From the NCBI GenBank assembly GCA_013265495.1, contig MU058065.1, forward strand, positions 3,637,003-3,701,002: DNA of 64,000 bases. Reading direction: 5' to 3'. Within the stretch, counting starts at the first letter, position 1, and each line of letters opens with the position of its first letter. Both the position numbers and the translations under genes were made by a program. This DNA is from Vicugna vicugna (taxonomy: Eukaryota). Below the pieces are notes generated by a model, which did no database searches, had not been told where the DNA came from, and saw only the letters and a list, made by a program, of their open reading frames with translations. Below, one piece after another: positions 37,030 to 51,136 of the stretch.

Positions 37030-37760
37030 GCTATTTTCTTTGTAAAAATGAGATTACAGACTAAATAGTTCTTGTATTTTGATTTTAGGAGATTCTTTTA
37101 AAATAACATATGTGAATCTAATATATTCTCTTTAACAGCTGCTCAGTATTCTGCTATCTGAAAATATAATTTCTTGGTGAAAATTAATATTTCTTCTAGT
37201 TTTTTGTTGTACAGATGTCTGTTTATTCAGGAGACTGTATTCATTGCATTTGTTGGGTCAAATGCATGTATATTTAAAATTTTGATAGATATTACCAAAC
37301 TGTCCTCCAAAAATGTTTACTAATTTTTATGTTCACCAACAATTGATGAGAAAGCCTGTTTCTGCAAAACTCAGATATATCAGATTTTCATGAAACTTTT
37401 AAATATTCAAAATTTTATTTTATAATTGACAAAATAAAAGACTCCCATCATTTTGATTTGCATATATTTATCTGTGAAATTAAGCATCCTTTATATTTTT
37501 ATTAGCTATTTGCATTTCATTTTCTGTGAACTACCCATTGGTAGTATTTGCTCATCTTTCTTTTGGGGTGTTCATTCTTTTTACTGATTTGCTAAGCCTA
37601 TGTGCATAATGGCAAAATTTTCCTTTTTCTGTTTATTATTTGTCTTTTGCTCTATCTACCTACATACACCCATAAATATAGGTATACGCATATATTTCTA
37701 TAGATGTTTCAAACTTTTTCTTTATGTCTTCTAGATTTTGTGGAATACTAGAAAGTTTTT
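37030..37760 (-). mobile_element. Old L1 (L1ME-like) 3' region
   Basis: TTGATAGATATTACCAAACTGTCCTCCAAAA..TTAGCTATTTGCATTTCATTTTCTGTGAACTACC. Confidence 0.7.
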
Positions 37761-38294
37761 GGGATTAGGGAATTTAAAAACTGGATTTAACTACAGTTCA
37801 ATTTTATGGTCTCTTTCAGTGAGACACTTTCATTCAGCAATGAAGTGTACGTGGGCTTCTCTAACTGATGCCAATTTTATTTTATTTTCATATGAGAAAG
37901 TTCTAGAGGTGAACCATCATGGAGGTGCAGAATGAAAACAGACATCTTTTTTGGGAATGCTGACTGAATTCAGCAAGAAAGGGATGTTTCCCCTCTTCTA
38001 CAAACAAGAACACCTCTATTCTAGGGAGAAAGGACTTGGGCTTAAAGGTTAACATACTTAACCCTACAAAGAATGGGTCAGCAAAGATGTCATCTAAACT
38101 TGGGTGAATTTTCAGTGTTCTCTCAAGGAAAGATGGCTTGCTCACAGAAGGGCAAAATGGAGACAGCACCATTATTCAGGGTGAAGGTCTCTTCCGTACT
38201 TCAAGTTTACACTCTAGGAAAATATTGCTCACACTGAGGAGACTTATGCAGTCAGATTTTTTCCCCATGAGAACTAACATAAAAACCTTAAATA

Positions 38295-39098
38295 GTGGCC
38301 ATTATTCAAAAGACCACAAATGACAAATGCTGGAGAGGCTGTGGAGAAAAGGGAACCCTCCTACACTGCTGGTGGGAATGCAGTTTAGTGTAGCCACTAT
38401 GGAAAACAGTATGGAGATTCATCAAAAGACGAGGAATAGACTTACCATATGACCCAGGAATCCTATTCCTGGGCATATATCCAGAAGAAATCCTACTTCA
38501 AAAAGACACCTGCACCCCAATGTTCATAACAGCACTATTTACAATAGCCAAGACATGGAAACAGCCTAAATGTCCATCAACAGATGACTGGATAAAGAAG
38601 CTGTGGTATATTTATACAGTGGAATACTATTCAGCCACAAAAACTGACAACGTAATGCCACTTGTAGCAACATAGATGTCCCTGGAGAATGTCATTCTAA
38701 GTGAAGTAAAGCCAGAAAGAGAAAGAAAAATACCATATGAGATTGCTTATATGTGGAATCTAAAAAAAAAAAACACATACACACATAAATATGAAACAGA
38801 AACAGCCTCATAGACACAGACTACAAACTTGTGGTTGCCAAGGGGGCGGGGGGTGGGAAGGGACAGACTGGAAGTTCAAAATTTGTAGATACTGACAGGC
38901 ATATGCAGAATAGATAAACAAGATTATACTGTATAGCACAGGGAAATATATACAAGATCTCGTGGCAGCTCACAGCGAAAAAGAATGTGACAATGAATAT
39001 ATGTATGTTCATGTATAACTGAAAAATTGTGCTCTACACTGGAATTTGACACAACATTGTAAAATGATTATAACTCAATAAAAAAAATGTTAAAAAAA
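38295..39098 (+). mobile_element. 5'-truncated young L1 (ORF2 Cys-rich C-terminus, 3'UTR, A tail)
   Basis: Translates [43 protein letters not shown] with in-frame stops; ends CTCAATAAAAAAAATGTTAAAAAAA. Confidence 0.93.
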
Positions 39099-41227
39099 TT
39101 TTTAAATGTGTCCTGACTACCACCACCATGAAACAAACACACATACCTATCCACACTACTCAAATTCATTAAATAACATACACTTTGTACAAATAACAAA
39201 GAAATATTGTGATTTCATCATCTTTCATAGTTTATTCTGGGCTTGATGGAAGAGGTAGTGGGACATCTAAGATGCTGGGCCAAAGAAGAAGGCTATAAAA
39301 GCTACTATAAAGACCAAGGGTCATAGAAGGACCATCCATTCCCACACCTACATCCAGATATGATAGACAAAGAGAGGTCTAAGGTGGCTGTAGCCTAAAA
39401 GTCCTTGCTCTGTCTCCTCTGCACCCTCCCCTGAGAGCTTACGCAGTGTTTCCACAACCAATCTTACTGTTGAGACCCATATGCTTTGCTCTTTAGGAAA
39501 GACTGTCATGATCCTTATCAGTGCAAAACATAGTAATTTACTGCAAAATTTGTCCTATGTAATTAAATTATGTAAACAAAAAACAACTGGTAGAAGGTTG
39601 TTTTTAAATGGTAGGTCAGAGGAAGTGTCCTTCTTATGTGTAGTTTGTGGCAGGCATTCTTACAATCATTTTCCCAACGAGTTAGGTTTCTTCTCAGTAG
39701 CTGAGACATTGTCCAAGGTGGTTGTGATGGAGAGGGGAACACTGTCAGAGCTGCAATGAAGAGATCTTGCTTTGTCCATTCAGTGGGGAAGTTACAGACG
39801 AAAGTATTAAAACAGAAGCCAGGGGGACAAATTGTGAAGGTGGGAGAGTGATGTTTCAGGGACTATAAATTGTGTAGGTTGGATTTGCTGGCCCCATTCT
39901 CTCTTGCTCTCTCTCCTTTTCTTCTAGTTTTGTCCTTCTTCCTGTGGTTTTTCATATCTTTCTTTCGAACCCTTTGGCTTTTTTCATGTTCTCTGAGTAC
40001 ATCTAGTTGTTTTCAACATGCATTAATGACACTCTTCTGGCATGAAATTATGGTCACTTTTGCTAGATAGGGACTAAATTTCAATTTTTCTCCTTTCTCT
40101 CTAAAAATAGGAAAACTCACTAAAGTTAATTCTTAAGCTGATTTTTGTCATACCCTGATTGTTTGAAAGCCCCTTTATTTTCCCATCTCCATAAGAGAGA
40201 CCCGTTAACCCAAACCACCAGCTTAGTCCCAGTCTCCAGTACTTAGTCAGAGGGCAAGGTGGCGGTCCCCAGTCAACACCCAGGTGAATCAGCCACCAGT
40301 CTTCCTGCTTCCAGCCCTCTCTGCCTCTTGGCTGCTGGGGTGTCACTGGGCTGTCTTCCGCCTCGTTCTTGAATCCCACCATGTAGCCTGGGTCGTGTAT
40401 CTGAGTTCTTGTCATAATCTCTTATGCCCATTTCCTGTTGGTGATACTCTGTCAAGTTCTATAAACCTTGTAGGATTCCTTCAATTGCCAGAATTGAAGG
40501 AATCATTCCATCTTGGTTGGGTAGTAGGCTGGTGGTCAGTTATCATCCACTTTGGGAACCATGGTGTTGGCCTGGCTGCATGCCTTCTGCTCAACTCTGT
40601 TGTCTAGTTCTAGCTCCCAGGGCCCCCCTAGCTCTCCTGCAACCCTCTGCTGAGTATTCCTTTACTATTGTCATTTGAAAACACCAGATCCATTTTTATC
40701 TGGCAGAAGGCGAGCAATTCCACTAAGCACAGTCAGGCACCTTTATTCACAGCTGAGGCTTCCCATGGATTTATGGTAATGAAAGGATAGAATTCCCCTC
40801 TTCTGACAGTGATTTAAAAGGATCCTCTAGAGATAGCCATGTGTAGGAATCTTTGATGAACTAAGCAAGACAAATACAAGTTAGCTGCAATAAGGAGCAT
40901 ATACTCAATTATTCTATTGAAAATACTGTTGTAGAAAACATTTCCAATTAATACATCAATGCTAATTATTTTCTTCTTTTTATGTTTAATTAATAGAATC
41001 TTCAAAAAGAAACAGACCTTTTTGGTTTATCTAGTACAGCACTTTCATGTTCCAGAAAAAGGAAGTGGATTCCAAAGAGATTAAATAAATTGTTTAAGGT
41101 TACTCGGCTTGTAATAAAATTGGGTTGAGAACCTGGACTTTCTGGCTTGCAGTCCAGTGCACTTTTTGTTGTTACACTCTTCCTGATTTCATCCCAAGTT
41201 AACAGAGGATAATGTCCCAAGAGATGT

Positions 41228-41412
41228 GAGTTTTCTCTGTTCTGGGTGCACATTTAGAACCATCAGAGAAGCTTTAAAAAATAAAGATGCCTGGGTCCTA
41301 CACTCACTGACTCTCACTTTTATTTGGTCTGGAGTGAGCTTTGAGCAGGAGCAGTGGTTTATAAAATTTCCCCCATGTGATGGCAATTTATAGCTGAGAT
41401 TGAAGCACAATG
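41228..41412. mobile_element. MER5-type hAT-Charlie MITE, preceded by a MIR fragment ~41040-41175
   Basis: TGCACATTTAGAACCATCAGAGAAGCTTTAAAAAAT..GATGCCTGGGTCC..TTGGTCTGGAGTG..CCCCATGTGAT. Confidence 0.65.
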
Positions 41413-44399
41413 GTACAACAGATCAGGCAATTCTGTGCATTTTTCTTCTAAACCCTGCGATTCTTGTTGGTATGACAAGACTACAGACATTCTTTTTTAA
41501 ACTTTGCAATGACCAGATCTCCCATTATCTTTATTTCATTTTTTAACTAATTTTTCTTTAGAATTTTGAAGTACTTAGAAAAACAGAAGGCATAATAATT
41601 TACAAAAACATCTGTGTTTCCATTACCCAGCATTAATACTTGTTAACATTTAATCAATTTTGCTGAGCCTTTTTCAATTATATGAAAAACTGAAATGAAA
41701 CTCTGCAGGTAAAATTGAATACACCCTCTGGGGCTCTGGTTTTATTCCCAGGTTTTCCTCTGTTATGATTAAGTTCAAAGAGCAGACAAAAGATGCACCC
41801 CCTTCCTTACTCCCTTCCCCTCCTAAGAATCCAGAGGAAGAGCCTATTTGCAATAAGGAAAAAGCTACCAGGCTGTCAGAGAGCTTTAGTGTCCTCACAG
41901 TGAACGATGCTACTGTGAGGCTATGAAGTGCACCAGCTGAGTCAGGATAGTGAATTCCTCATCCACATTTTGGTAGGAGAAAAATAGCTTAGTGAGAAGT
42001 TTATGGAGGTCAGTTTTCACGCTCACTAAAGGACTTGGGAATCACAGACCACAGACATGTATTTAGGAATGCAAAAGTCCAATAGTTGAAGATATGCAGA
42101 GCTATTATTTTTCTTGGCTGAGACTGATAATTTTCTTCTTTTCACCATAAATTGGGGTTTTAAAATGTTGTTGCTACTGCTTATTTCTCTTGGCACGTGA
42201 AATGACTGAGTTCTTTTGTTCCCACTGCCTTTTCCGTGGACCCTCTTGAGCTCCTTCTCTTGGGTAAATAGTCTAGCCTTTCTGTGGCTTTTACGGCAGC
42301 TTAGCACTCTTGGTAATTTCCCCCTCTGGCCATGGGGTTCTGCGGGCTGTGTTCTTAGTAGATACTCATTTCTTCTTTAGTTTCTGAAGTTGAGTGTTTT
42401 GTTTTATTGTTCTCCAGTGGACAATTGTCTTTTCCCTGCCCACCCTTCTGTAAGCACCTTGACCCAGACTTCTGTTCTGATTTCACACTCTGTCCGTTTA
42501 TAGTCAGGCAGTGGCTCAGCCATATGAAGTGATTTCCCTGGTACGCTCTGTGTGGGGTATGTTTCTGTTGAATGGTATCATGTTATGCACTCTTATTTTC
42601 TGCTGTTAAAAAAAAAAAACAAGACAGGTGAAGACCTACATCCTTAATATATTTTCATTTCAAATATAACCTTTCTCCCTCCCTTCTCCCTTTCTCTCTC
42701 TTTCAGCATCTTGTCTTTTGTCATTATGTTCCACACCACCCCAAATGAACTTGGGCTAGAGATAATTGCTTTCCCTAAGTTCTTCCGCTCACCACTTGCT
42801 GCATGCTCCATAGTTGTCAGATCAAATTTTTGCTGAGAAAGAACAGACCTGGAAGATCCAAGGAACTCTCACAAGCAAATACATGTGTTTTTATAGGTTA
42901 GTGTCAAGTACATTGAAACATATGAAGCAAAGGAAGGAGACCACTGGTGTGCAGTAGCTTGAAACCCCTCACCCACCCATTTAAGAAGCTGTGATACTGA
43001 AAATACAGTGACTGCCCACCATGCTGTTCACAGAAGTGATTTGCTTTCCTTTCAAAGCTTTTTGAATTTTAAAGTGAGAGCTTGTTTCTCTGCTCTGTAG
43101 TTTGAAGATTATGGCCCTGTAAACACGAGGAAGAAACCATGTTGTGCAGCATAAGAATGAGATGTTTTTCTAATGGCTGGGAAGCATTTACTTCCTTGGG
43201 AGGGGCAGGAGGCTGAAAGCAGCATCTCCCCAGGCAGCTCCTCTTCCTCTCTCCACCTGGAGGATGGCTGATAATAAAGCCACACGTTGTCAGGTCCCCC
43301 CAGATGTCTCTGGTGTGCCTCTCAAACACGGCACAGGCTGCCAAATTGGGTTCATACTCTCTGAGGTTAAGCTGGGCTGGTTCTAGCAGAGGAACTTGAT
43401 GGCTGGGGGTGGTGAATTACACCCATATCTGCTTCATGTCATTTAATTGTATTTTGAATTCCAACTTTTAAAATAGCATACAAATGGCGTATGGTCATTA
43501 ATGTCGTTTTCCTTTTAAGAAGTTCCATTGCATACTAACGAGCAGTTTAATGCTAACAGAAGCTACGTTGCCATGCACGCTAAAGTTTGCCATATGCTTA
43601 ACTCCTGTTTCACACAAGCAATAGGTTTGCAGAATGCAGAGCTGCCACAAATATCCAAGTGCAGAATTAGGTCCTGTGTACAAGTATGTGAGTGAAGAAT
43701 TTGGCTCATGTATATAGCCTTGGAAAAAATTTTCCCATAGTTTTCTTTTCTCTAAGGTATTGAATGGGCCAACACTTGTCCTCATGTTTCAAACATTTCA
43801 GCCCCCCTGAAACATTTTGATTGCCTCTAACATCTTGGCTAGAATTGCACAACACTATGTTCCAAATGATATCTTTTTCACCGGCTTCATATAATTTCAG
43901 AATAAATCTTTTGCTTCATCTGCTATACCCTTATGTGTATGGCTTCTATTTTTACTTTGCTTCTTCCCCTGTTTTCCTTCTACCATTTCATCCAACATGT
44001 TTCGAATTTGTGTAGTTGTTTATATTTGAGACAATCATACTTGAAACCAACAATACTTACTTTATTTAAAAAATATTTGTCTTGATGCAATTCCCAATTT
44101 TGGGACCTGGCACATCAAACTCAACAGAAAGAATGCAAGCCTTGGGAAGATGAAATAAACCCATGATGTAATCGTCAGAGTTGATGTGTTGATTCCACTC
44201 TTGTGGAATTAGGATCTTTATTTTATTATCTTCAAAACTCAACAATAACAGAAATATGAGTAGTCTTTCAGCAGTAAAAGCCAGTTTTTTTTAACGTGAA
44301 TGAGGAGATTTGAAAATGCACACTAGTGATCTTGTTTCTTGTTCATTTCATTTCATTCAATCATCAAATATGTGCCTAGGTACCTAAGACGGGACAGGA

Positions 44400-44439
44400 G
44401 TGTGTGTGTGTGTGTGTGTGTGCATGCATGCGTGTGTAT
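44400..44439. repeat. (GT)n-GCATGCATGC-(GT)n alternating purine-pyrimidine tract
   Basis: 40 nt of strict R/Y alternation. Confidence 0.9.
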
Positions 44440-45072
44440 TCATTTTAAAGGACTCAGATGTTTACTGGTAAGTTAACAACATACCTTACTTGGGAATCAG
44501 AAGACCTAGATTCTAGATCTACTCCTTCAAGCCAGAAGCCCCTACAACCCATAGGGTAGAGGGGTGTTCATCCCAGTGACAAAGTAGAATCAGACACCCA
44601 GTTTCTCTGGTGCAAGTTGACGTCCCAGGGACAATCTAGTTTTATGACCCCACTTTCAGCTAGGATTCTACTGTAATTCCCTGGAAGTGTCTTTAATTTA
44701 TGGCCTGTAGACTTCAAGCCTGTCTATTAACTAATCCAAATTAGAGTCTGCCTCTGGATTTTTCCTGCCTGGCTCATCTGCTCAGAAATGGCCCTTTTAA
44801 CTTTGGTTGGCCAACTTTCTCTTGCAATTACTTCAAATCCCTCAGTCTTGATCCTTGATCACCTGATTAAGTGGGAGGAAGGTCCGTTTCTTTCACTTAC
44901 TGGTGCTCACACGTGTGTTTCTGACCAGCTTCACGCCTGCGTACTTACTGCCAAGGCCCGTTTCCCCTGCCCTAACGCAGCATCGGCGATTCTGGAGCCG
45001 ACGCCTTCTTCTCCTTCCCTCTGCTTGAATTCTGATAATTCCGCCGTCGGTGAGAGGTTTTTCTTTGTTCTT

Positions 45073-45600
45073 TGCTTATCCTGAGTTACCCCACAGCAGA
45101 TCTCAGACGAAGATTTGGGTACAGAAGTCAATCAAGGAGACGGTCTCAGGAGGTGCTGAGAGGGGTGGGAAGTGCGACAGGGAGGAGAGGGGAAGAAGAA
45201 AGAATATGTTAATTATTGGGCTGCCGCGGTGGCAGACAGATCCACTCCCTCTGGGGACCCTGTGAGGGATGATGGAAAAGATGCCTCAGGATTATTCAAC
45301 CAATGAGGTGCAATGTTTGGGGTATTTATCCACTCACATCCCTCAGGATTTGAGGTTTGCATTTCAGTAGGTGCTAACTCCCGACATTTCCAGCCTGCCC
45401 TGTGTGCTCTCCTTTGGTCAGACAGAACACTCTGACGGATGGATGCTGGTGTTTGAAGTGAGAAGCTTTTGGTACACTCAAGAAGGGTCTAGTAAGCTGC
45501 AGGTCACCTCCAGGGTGGGCTGTGTCAATATGGGTAGGATATTGGCAGCACTGGTTACATTGATTCTCAATATTCAGGCTCAAAAGAGCTTACGAGGAGG
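45073..45600 (-). mobile_element. ERVL solo LTR (LTR16-like)
   Basis: GAGTTACCCCACAGCAGATCTCAGACGAAGATTTGGG..GGGAAGTGCGACAGGGAGG..CTGGGGACCCTG..GGGGTATTTATCCAC. Confidence 0.65.
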
Positions 45601-48600
45601 AACTGCCGCCAGAAATTAGGCAGTGCTAGTGATGGAGAATTTGTTTCCTGGGAGAGGATTATCTTTCTGGATAGCCCTTTCCTGCCAAAGGCAACACCTG
45701 AGGTTCCTGAGAGGTAAGTAGACAGCCTTTCCCACTGTGGCTAAGAGCTGAGGAACTTAGAAAGCATTGAAAGAAAGCCAGAGTCCAGAAAGGGTGTTGT
45801 AAAATGCATAGCATTAGCTGTGGCCCACCAAATTCCAGGCTATTCTAAATTATTCTGTAATTTGGATCTATGAGAATTGCTCATGTTTCCCAAGTTTAAG
45901 TGCTTTGCGTGTCTCACAGGCCATACAGTTTTCTAAATAGGAGGTCAGGTCCACGTTATTCCTGTTTGCGGTTCTCTTAACTCATGTATTTGTTCACTGG
46001 CTTGTCGAAAGAAACATTTTGCTTGTGTCTTAAGCACAAAGAAGCGTTCAGTGACCGAATCTGACATTTAACTAGCTGGACTCCTGGGAGCCCAGCAGAG
46101 ACGAACAAAGACTGATACCAACTCTGTTTCTAATTCTGAGTTGGGGGGAAGTATGGGTAATCTAAATGAAACTCACATATGCATAGTTTATTTGTAGATA
46201 TGGTTGTATAAGAGATTTGTAATGAGTTGTATATGCTTAATTTGAATGCTTGGTAAATTCTGGTTATACGCTTGGCGTATGGTATGTGCATTGAGCCATT
46301 CTAAGGGTTGCCTTTGGTTACAAAGTCTCAGTTTAAGAACTCTGGCAGAGCAGACCCTGTTACACATCTGGTTGTTTCTTTGTTCTCAGGCAGCGACTAA
46401 TTTTGATCAGACCTACTTGCACTTCCTACCTTCCAAGTAAGGAGGAGATGGATTCTAGAATTAAAATACTAACACTGATGTTTATATGAGGAATTTAAAA
46501 TTCCTCTATAAATCTTAGAATCTTAGCATTCTATGTTGGAAATGAACTTTAGAAAGATTAAGAAATAAGAGGTTTCTGGAAGAAAAGTGATTTACCCAAG
46601 GGCATGGAGATAGTGGCTTATCTTTAACTTGGATATAGCTTTGGTGGTGTACTTGCTTTGTTGATAGCAGACGATCACAATTTTGATTAATGCCAGTGTC
46701 TTGTCAGCATGTGAAGTTAAGACTCATTTACGGATTCCTTTCAACACAGTAGAAGCTATTGCCGTCATAAATTTCTTCAACTGTGGCAGCTGCTGTGCAA
46801 GACAGTAGTAAAAATCCTAATATTAATCTCTTTTTTCCTGAAGATTTCAGTACTTTATGGACTTTTAAACCACCCTTTACAAGTTGAAGTGCGGCCATGT
46901 GGCAGTGGCTTTCGCCAGAAAACAGCCAGTGACAAGAAGAGCCTTGATTGATGCACATTACAGAAAAATACTGGGAAAAACGGAAGAGTAAGAGCTGCTA
47001 ACTTAGAAAAGGGTTTTTATACAAAGCTTTCAATCCTAACTAGGTGGGGCCGCAAAAGAATGACCCAGTTGGCAATTGGTGAAAGGAAATATGGGGCTAA
47101 AAGTCACAGTAAACACTCTTTCTTTGTTTCTCCCTGAAGAGTGCCAACACATTTTTAATTCTCAACAGATATATTATACCTAGAACTAAACAAGGTACAG
47201 ATTTATCTTTCTGAGAATAAGTATGCATTAACTCTGCAACAGTTTGGAGAAGGATTGAATCATTTATTCCATGGTCAGTAATAAACAAAAACACACAAAG
47301 AAGAAATTACTCCCTTAGTACGCCATAGACCTCTCACTGTCTGCTTTGGTTTAATAACTATCAATGTTTATAACTATCAAAGTTTTCTGACTTCTTGTCA
47401 GAAAAGATCACTGTATTGTAGTTAGAACTTTTCCAAACAAATGCAGCAAATTTCTTTGATGCAACAGTGGTGCTTTTTAGAAATGGATTCCTTAATGGAT
47501 TATAGACTTCTCTTTTCCTTTGTAACATTCTAGAGGCTGAACGAAGTATGTAAAATACAACATGCTAATAACAAACACCGCATACCATAAAGTAAGCAGG
47601 GAAACAGAGGGCCTCGTATTAGGGTAAAAAAATATGGTGATGACTTTAAGTCAACAAGGAAAGATGAAATAAACTTAGAGCTGTAACTGATGATTTAATC
47701 TCATTTATGTTTAAAATCCATGGAATAGTCAAGAGTTGAAGACACCTGCCACCAGGATGCTGAAATCTGAGAAAATGTTATGTGTCCCCAGTCACAACTG
47801 GAGGTAATTTAATTGCAATTACTGCACAAAATTTGTTGAATGACATTCTAATAAACTCTATTGAGGTAAAATATTATTACAAATATAATTTCTGATTTTT
47901 CCTTCTTGAAATAGATGAATGACAAAATTAAATGACATTTTCTAAATATCTAAACAACAGTGATAATCCTAACAGTTTATAACATGCTTCAGCTGTTTCA
48001 CAATCTATGACTTACAAGTCCGAACGCCATAAGCCTGTGTCTATTTACAGGAATGGAAAATTAATTTCTTTCCTCTGCAGGAATAGAGGAAAGGTATTTT
48101 TTTTTTCAGCCCTTTGACTTTGGAGTCAAAGGAATGAGAAGATGAAGATCAGAGTGGAAGTGATGTGCTTATCTTGAATAAGATAGATATTTATGCTCAG
48201 TGTTGAATCTAAATGTTAGCTCATAGGTGTTAGGTTGAAAAGCCAAACTAAGATTTGGAACTGAACTTCATCTGAGAGCTCCTTTCAGAGAACATTTAAT
48301 AGGTACTGACATATTTAGAATTTATTTGAATTTATTCATAAGGAAACATAATTAGAAGAGGGAAACAAAGAGTTTAATTGTTTGGAAAGCACATCAGGCT
48401 ACACTTTTCCAGCTGAAAGCAAGAAGAAAATTGATTGAGAAGTAGGATGTGGATAGGAGAGCATAACAGGTTTCTACCTTGGTCAGACTAATGTGATAAA
48501 TACACAGAACACCTACACGAGCACAGAAATGGGCCAGTCTCTCTAAGAAGTATTTCCTATGGAACACTATGGGATTTCTATCTCTAGAAATCTGTAAAAC

Positions 48601-48647
48601 AGCTGAGCCATTAGATCATTGTTTGGGCTAAAAGCAAATGGATAATG

Positions 48648-49030
48648 AAGTAGCTTGCCAGGGCTGCCATAACAAAGGACTACAGTCTGGGAACTTAAAT
48701 GACAGATATTTATTTTTTTACAGTTCTGGAGGCTGGAAGTCCAAGATCAAGGTTTTAGCTCGGTTATTTCTTCCAAGGCGTCTCTCCCTGTCTTATGATC
48801 ACTGTCTTCTCACTGTCTCTTCACATGGTCTTCCCTCCATGTGTGTCTGTGTTCTGATTGCCTCTTCTTACAAATGTACCAGCCATATTGGATTAGAGTC
48901 CACCTTGCATGACCTCATTTTAGCTTAATCACCACTTTAAATGCCCTATCTCCAAATACAGTCACACCTTGAGGTACAGGGTGTTAGGACTTCAACATGT
49001 GAGTATTTGGGGGCATAATTCAGCCCACAG
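48648..49030 (-). mobile_element. MaLR LTR (MLT1B/C-like)
   Basis: AGGGCTGCCATAACAAAG..ACAGTTCTGGAGGCTGGAAGTCCAAGATCAAGG..CCCTATCTCCAAATACAGTCACA..AATTCAGCCCA. Confidence 0.85.
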
Positions 49031-50390
49031 GAGATGGGTTGTGTGGCATTTGGAAGTTTTGTTGAAGCTATCTGATCGTGCTCTGAAATATCTTGATTGC
49101 CTGAATAATGGTACTCTGTGTTGTGGGTACACTGAGAAAAGTTAAGTGGAGAGTTGAGGCAGAAATTTAATTAATTAAAAAAAAATTCTCTATTGAGGGA
49201 AATGGTCATTTTGACTTTTGTCCCTAGGCTTTCTCTTTAACAAACAGCTCTGTCCCTTGGGTGGCTCCAGAAAGAGGAAAATAGCACAACAGAGCTGTCT
49301 CAGACTCCTGTGCCACCTATGGAGTGAATGAGATGTGTCATCAGCATCGTGGTAAGTCATGTCTTGCCATGATTGGTAAAATTTTCTACTTCCTCTTTGT
49401 AAGTTTCAAAGAAGGAAAAGCAGCCAGCTTTCCTAGTTTACTTCCCATTCTTCTCGTACAACTAGCTGCTAAGCCACCAGCCTTGGGTTGATGCTTGGAA
49501 TGTTCCTTTATTGACAAAGGCAAATATATTTTCGGAGAAAGCACCATATTGACTCTGCTTGCCCAGTTAGTTAACTCCCACTAACTGTTCCATCAAGTCA
49601 CTTGTATCAAATATGTACCTTTAGCCATAAAAAGAAATTTCCAATCAAATCTATAGTTTGCAGATGAGACAGGCTTAAGCAATCTAACGGGTGGGTTCTT
49701 TTAGCCTGTAATAACTTTTGCACTAGTTCTTTATTCCTCAACTCTTAAAATCTAATGGGCTCTCCAACCCTGGGCCAGTGCTTCCCATGCTGTCTGGACT
49801 CTAGGAAGCAGTGCTTCCAAGTGCTTACTTAAAATTTTTGTTAAGGGTTACTTTTAGGTATAGAAATTTATATAATATATGCCTTAAAATACTTCTTCCT
49901 TTGATGAAAGTTAACACTTGTACATATATAGGAAATGTTAAGGTCATCTAATCTAAATATGTTTGACCTACCTTGTGAAACTTGAACTTGAATAGTCCTT
50001 CACAGCATGTAGGACTTAGAGTTGGTAAAGAAATTTCACATTACTTGCTTTGAGACTCAAAGCATCTATACAGGTAGGATGAAGAATTTTGCAGATGAAG
50101 ACATTTTGCCTCAGAAGTTAAATGATATGTCTACAGTAGTATGTCTTTTATTGAATGGAGGTACCGTGTCACCAAGTCCAGTGTTCTAGTGATCCTTCTA
50201 TTACCCTGTACTTGTGGAGAGCTAAGTCAGTCCTTTAGCCCAATTCACTGTGTAACAGAGCATTTTTCTTTGACTGATTGCCATAATTAATGCAATGTGT
50301 TGAAGAAGACTGATTCAGCCTTGTGTTTATCATAATACAGAGAAAAGAATCATTGTAGGTCTTCTAGCTCCATTTGTAAACTTTAAAAAT

Positions 50391-51136
50391 AATTTCCTTA
50401 AAGATGATTTAAATAAATGGAAAGCTATCCCATGCTTTTGGATTGGAAGAATTAATATTGTTAAAATGGACATACTACCCAAAGCAATCTTCAGATTTAA
50501 TGTGATCCCTATCAAATTACCCAGGACATTTTTCACAGAACGAGAACAAATAATCCTAAAATTTATATGGAATCACAAAAGACCCAGAATTGCCAAAGCA
50601 ATATTGAAGAAAAAGAATGAAGCTGGAAGAATAACCCTCCCAGGCTTCAGACAATACTACAGAGCTACAGTAATAAAAACAACATGGTACTGGCACAAAA
50701 ACAGACATACGGATCAGTGAGAGATCCCCTAAATAAACCCACACACAATCAATTAATCGTTGACAAAGGAAGCAAGAATGTACAGTGGAGAAAAAACTGG
50801 CTCTTTGGCAAGTGGTGTTGGGAAAACTGGACAGCTGCATGTAAATCAATGAAGTTAGAATGCTCCCTCACACCATACACAAAAATAAACTCAAAATGGA
50901 TCAAAGACTTCAACATAAGACAAGGCACTGTAAACCTCCTGGTAGAAAACATAGACAAAACATTTTCTCACAGAAATCTTAGCAATGTTCTCCTACGGCA
51001 GTGTACCCAGGCAATAGAAATAAAAGCAAAAATAAACAAATGGGACCTAATTAAACTTACAAACTTTTGCACAACAAAGGAAACTATAAACAAAACAAAA
51101 AGACAATTTACAGAATGGGAGAAAATATTTGCAAAT
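50391..51136 (+). mobile_element. Internal L1 ORF2 fragment, truncated at both ends
   Basis: ORFs 50466..50720 ([44 protein letters not shown]) and 50684..51208 (KWCWENW..LTPYTKINSKWIKD..KWDLIKL..WEKIFAN) are L1 ORF2; no 3'UTR follows. Confidence 0.93.
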
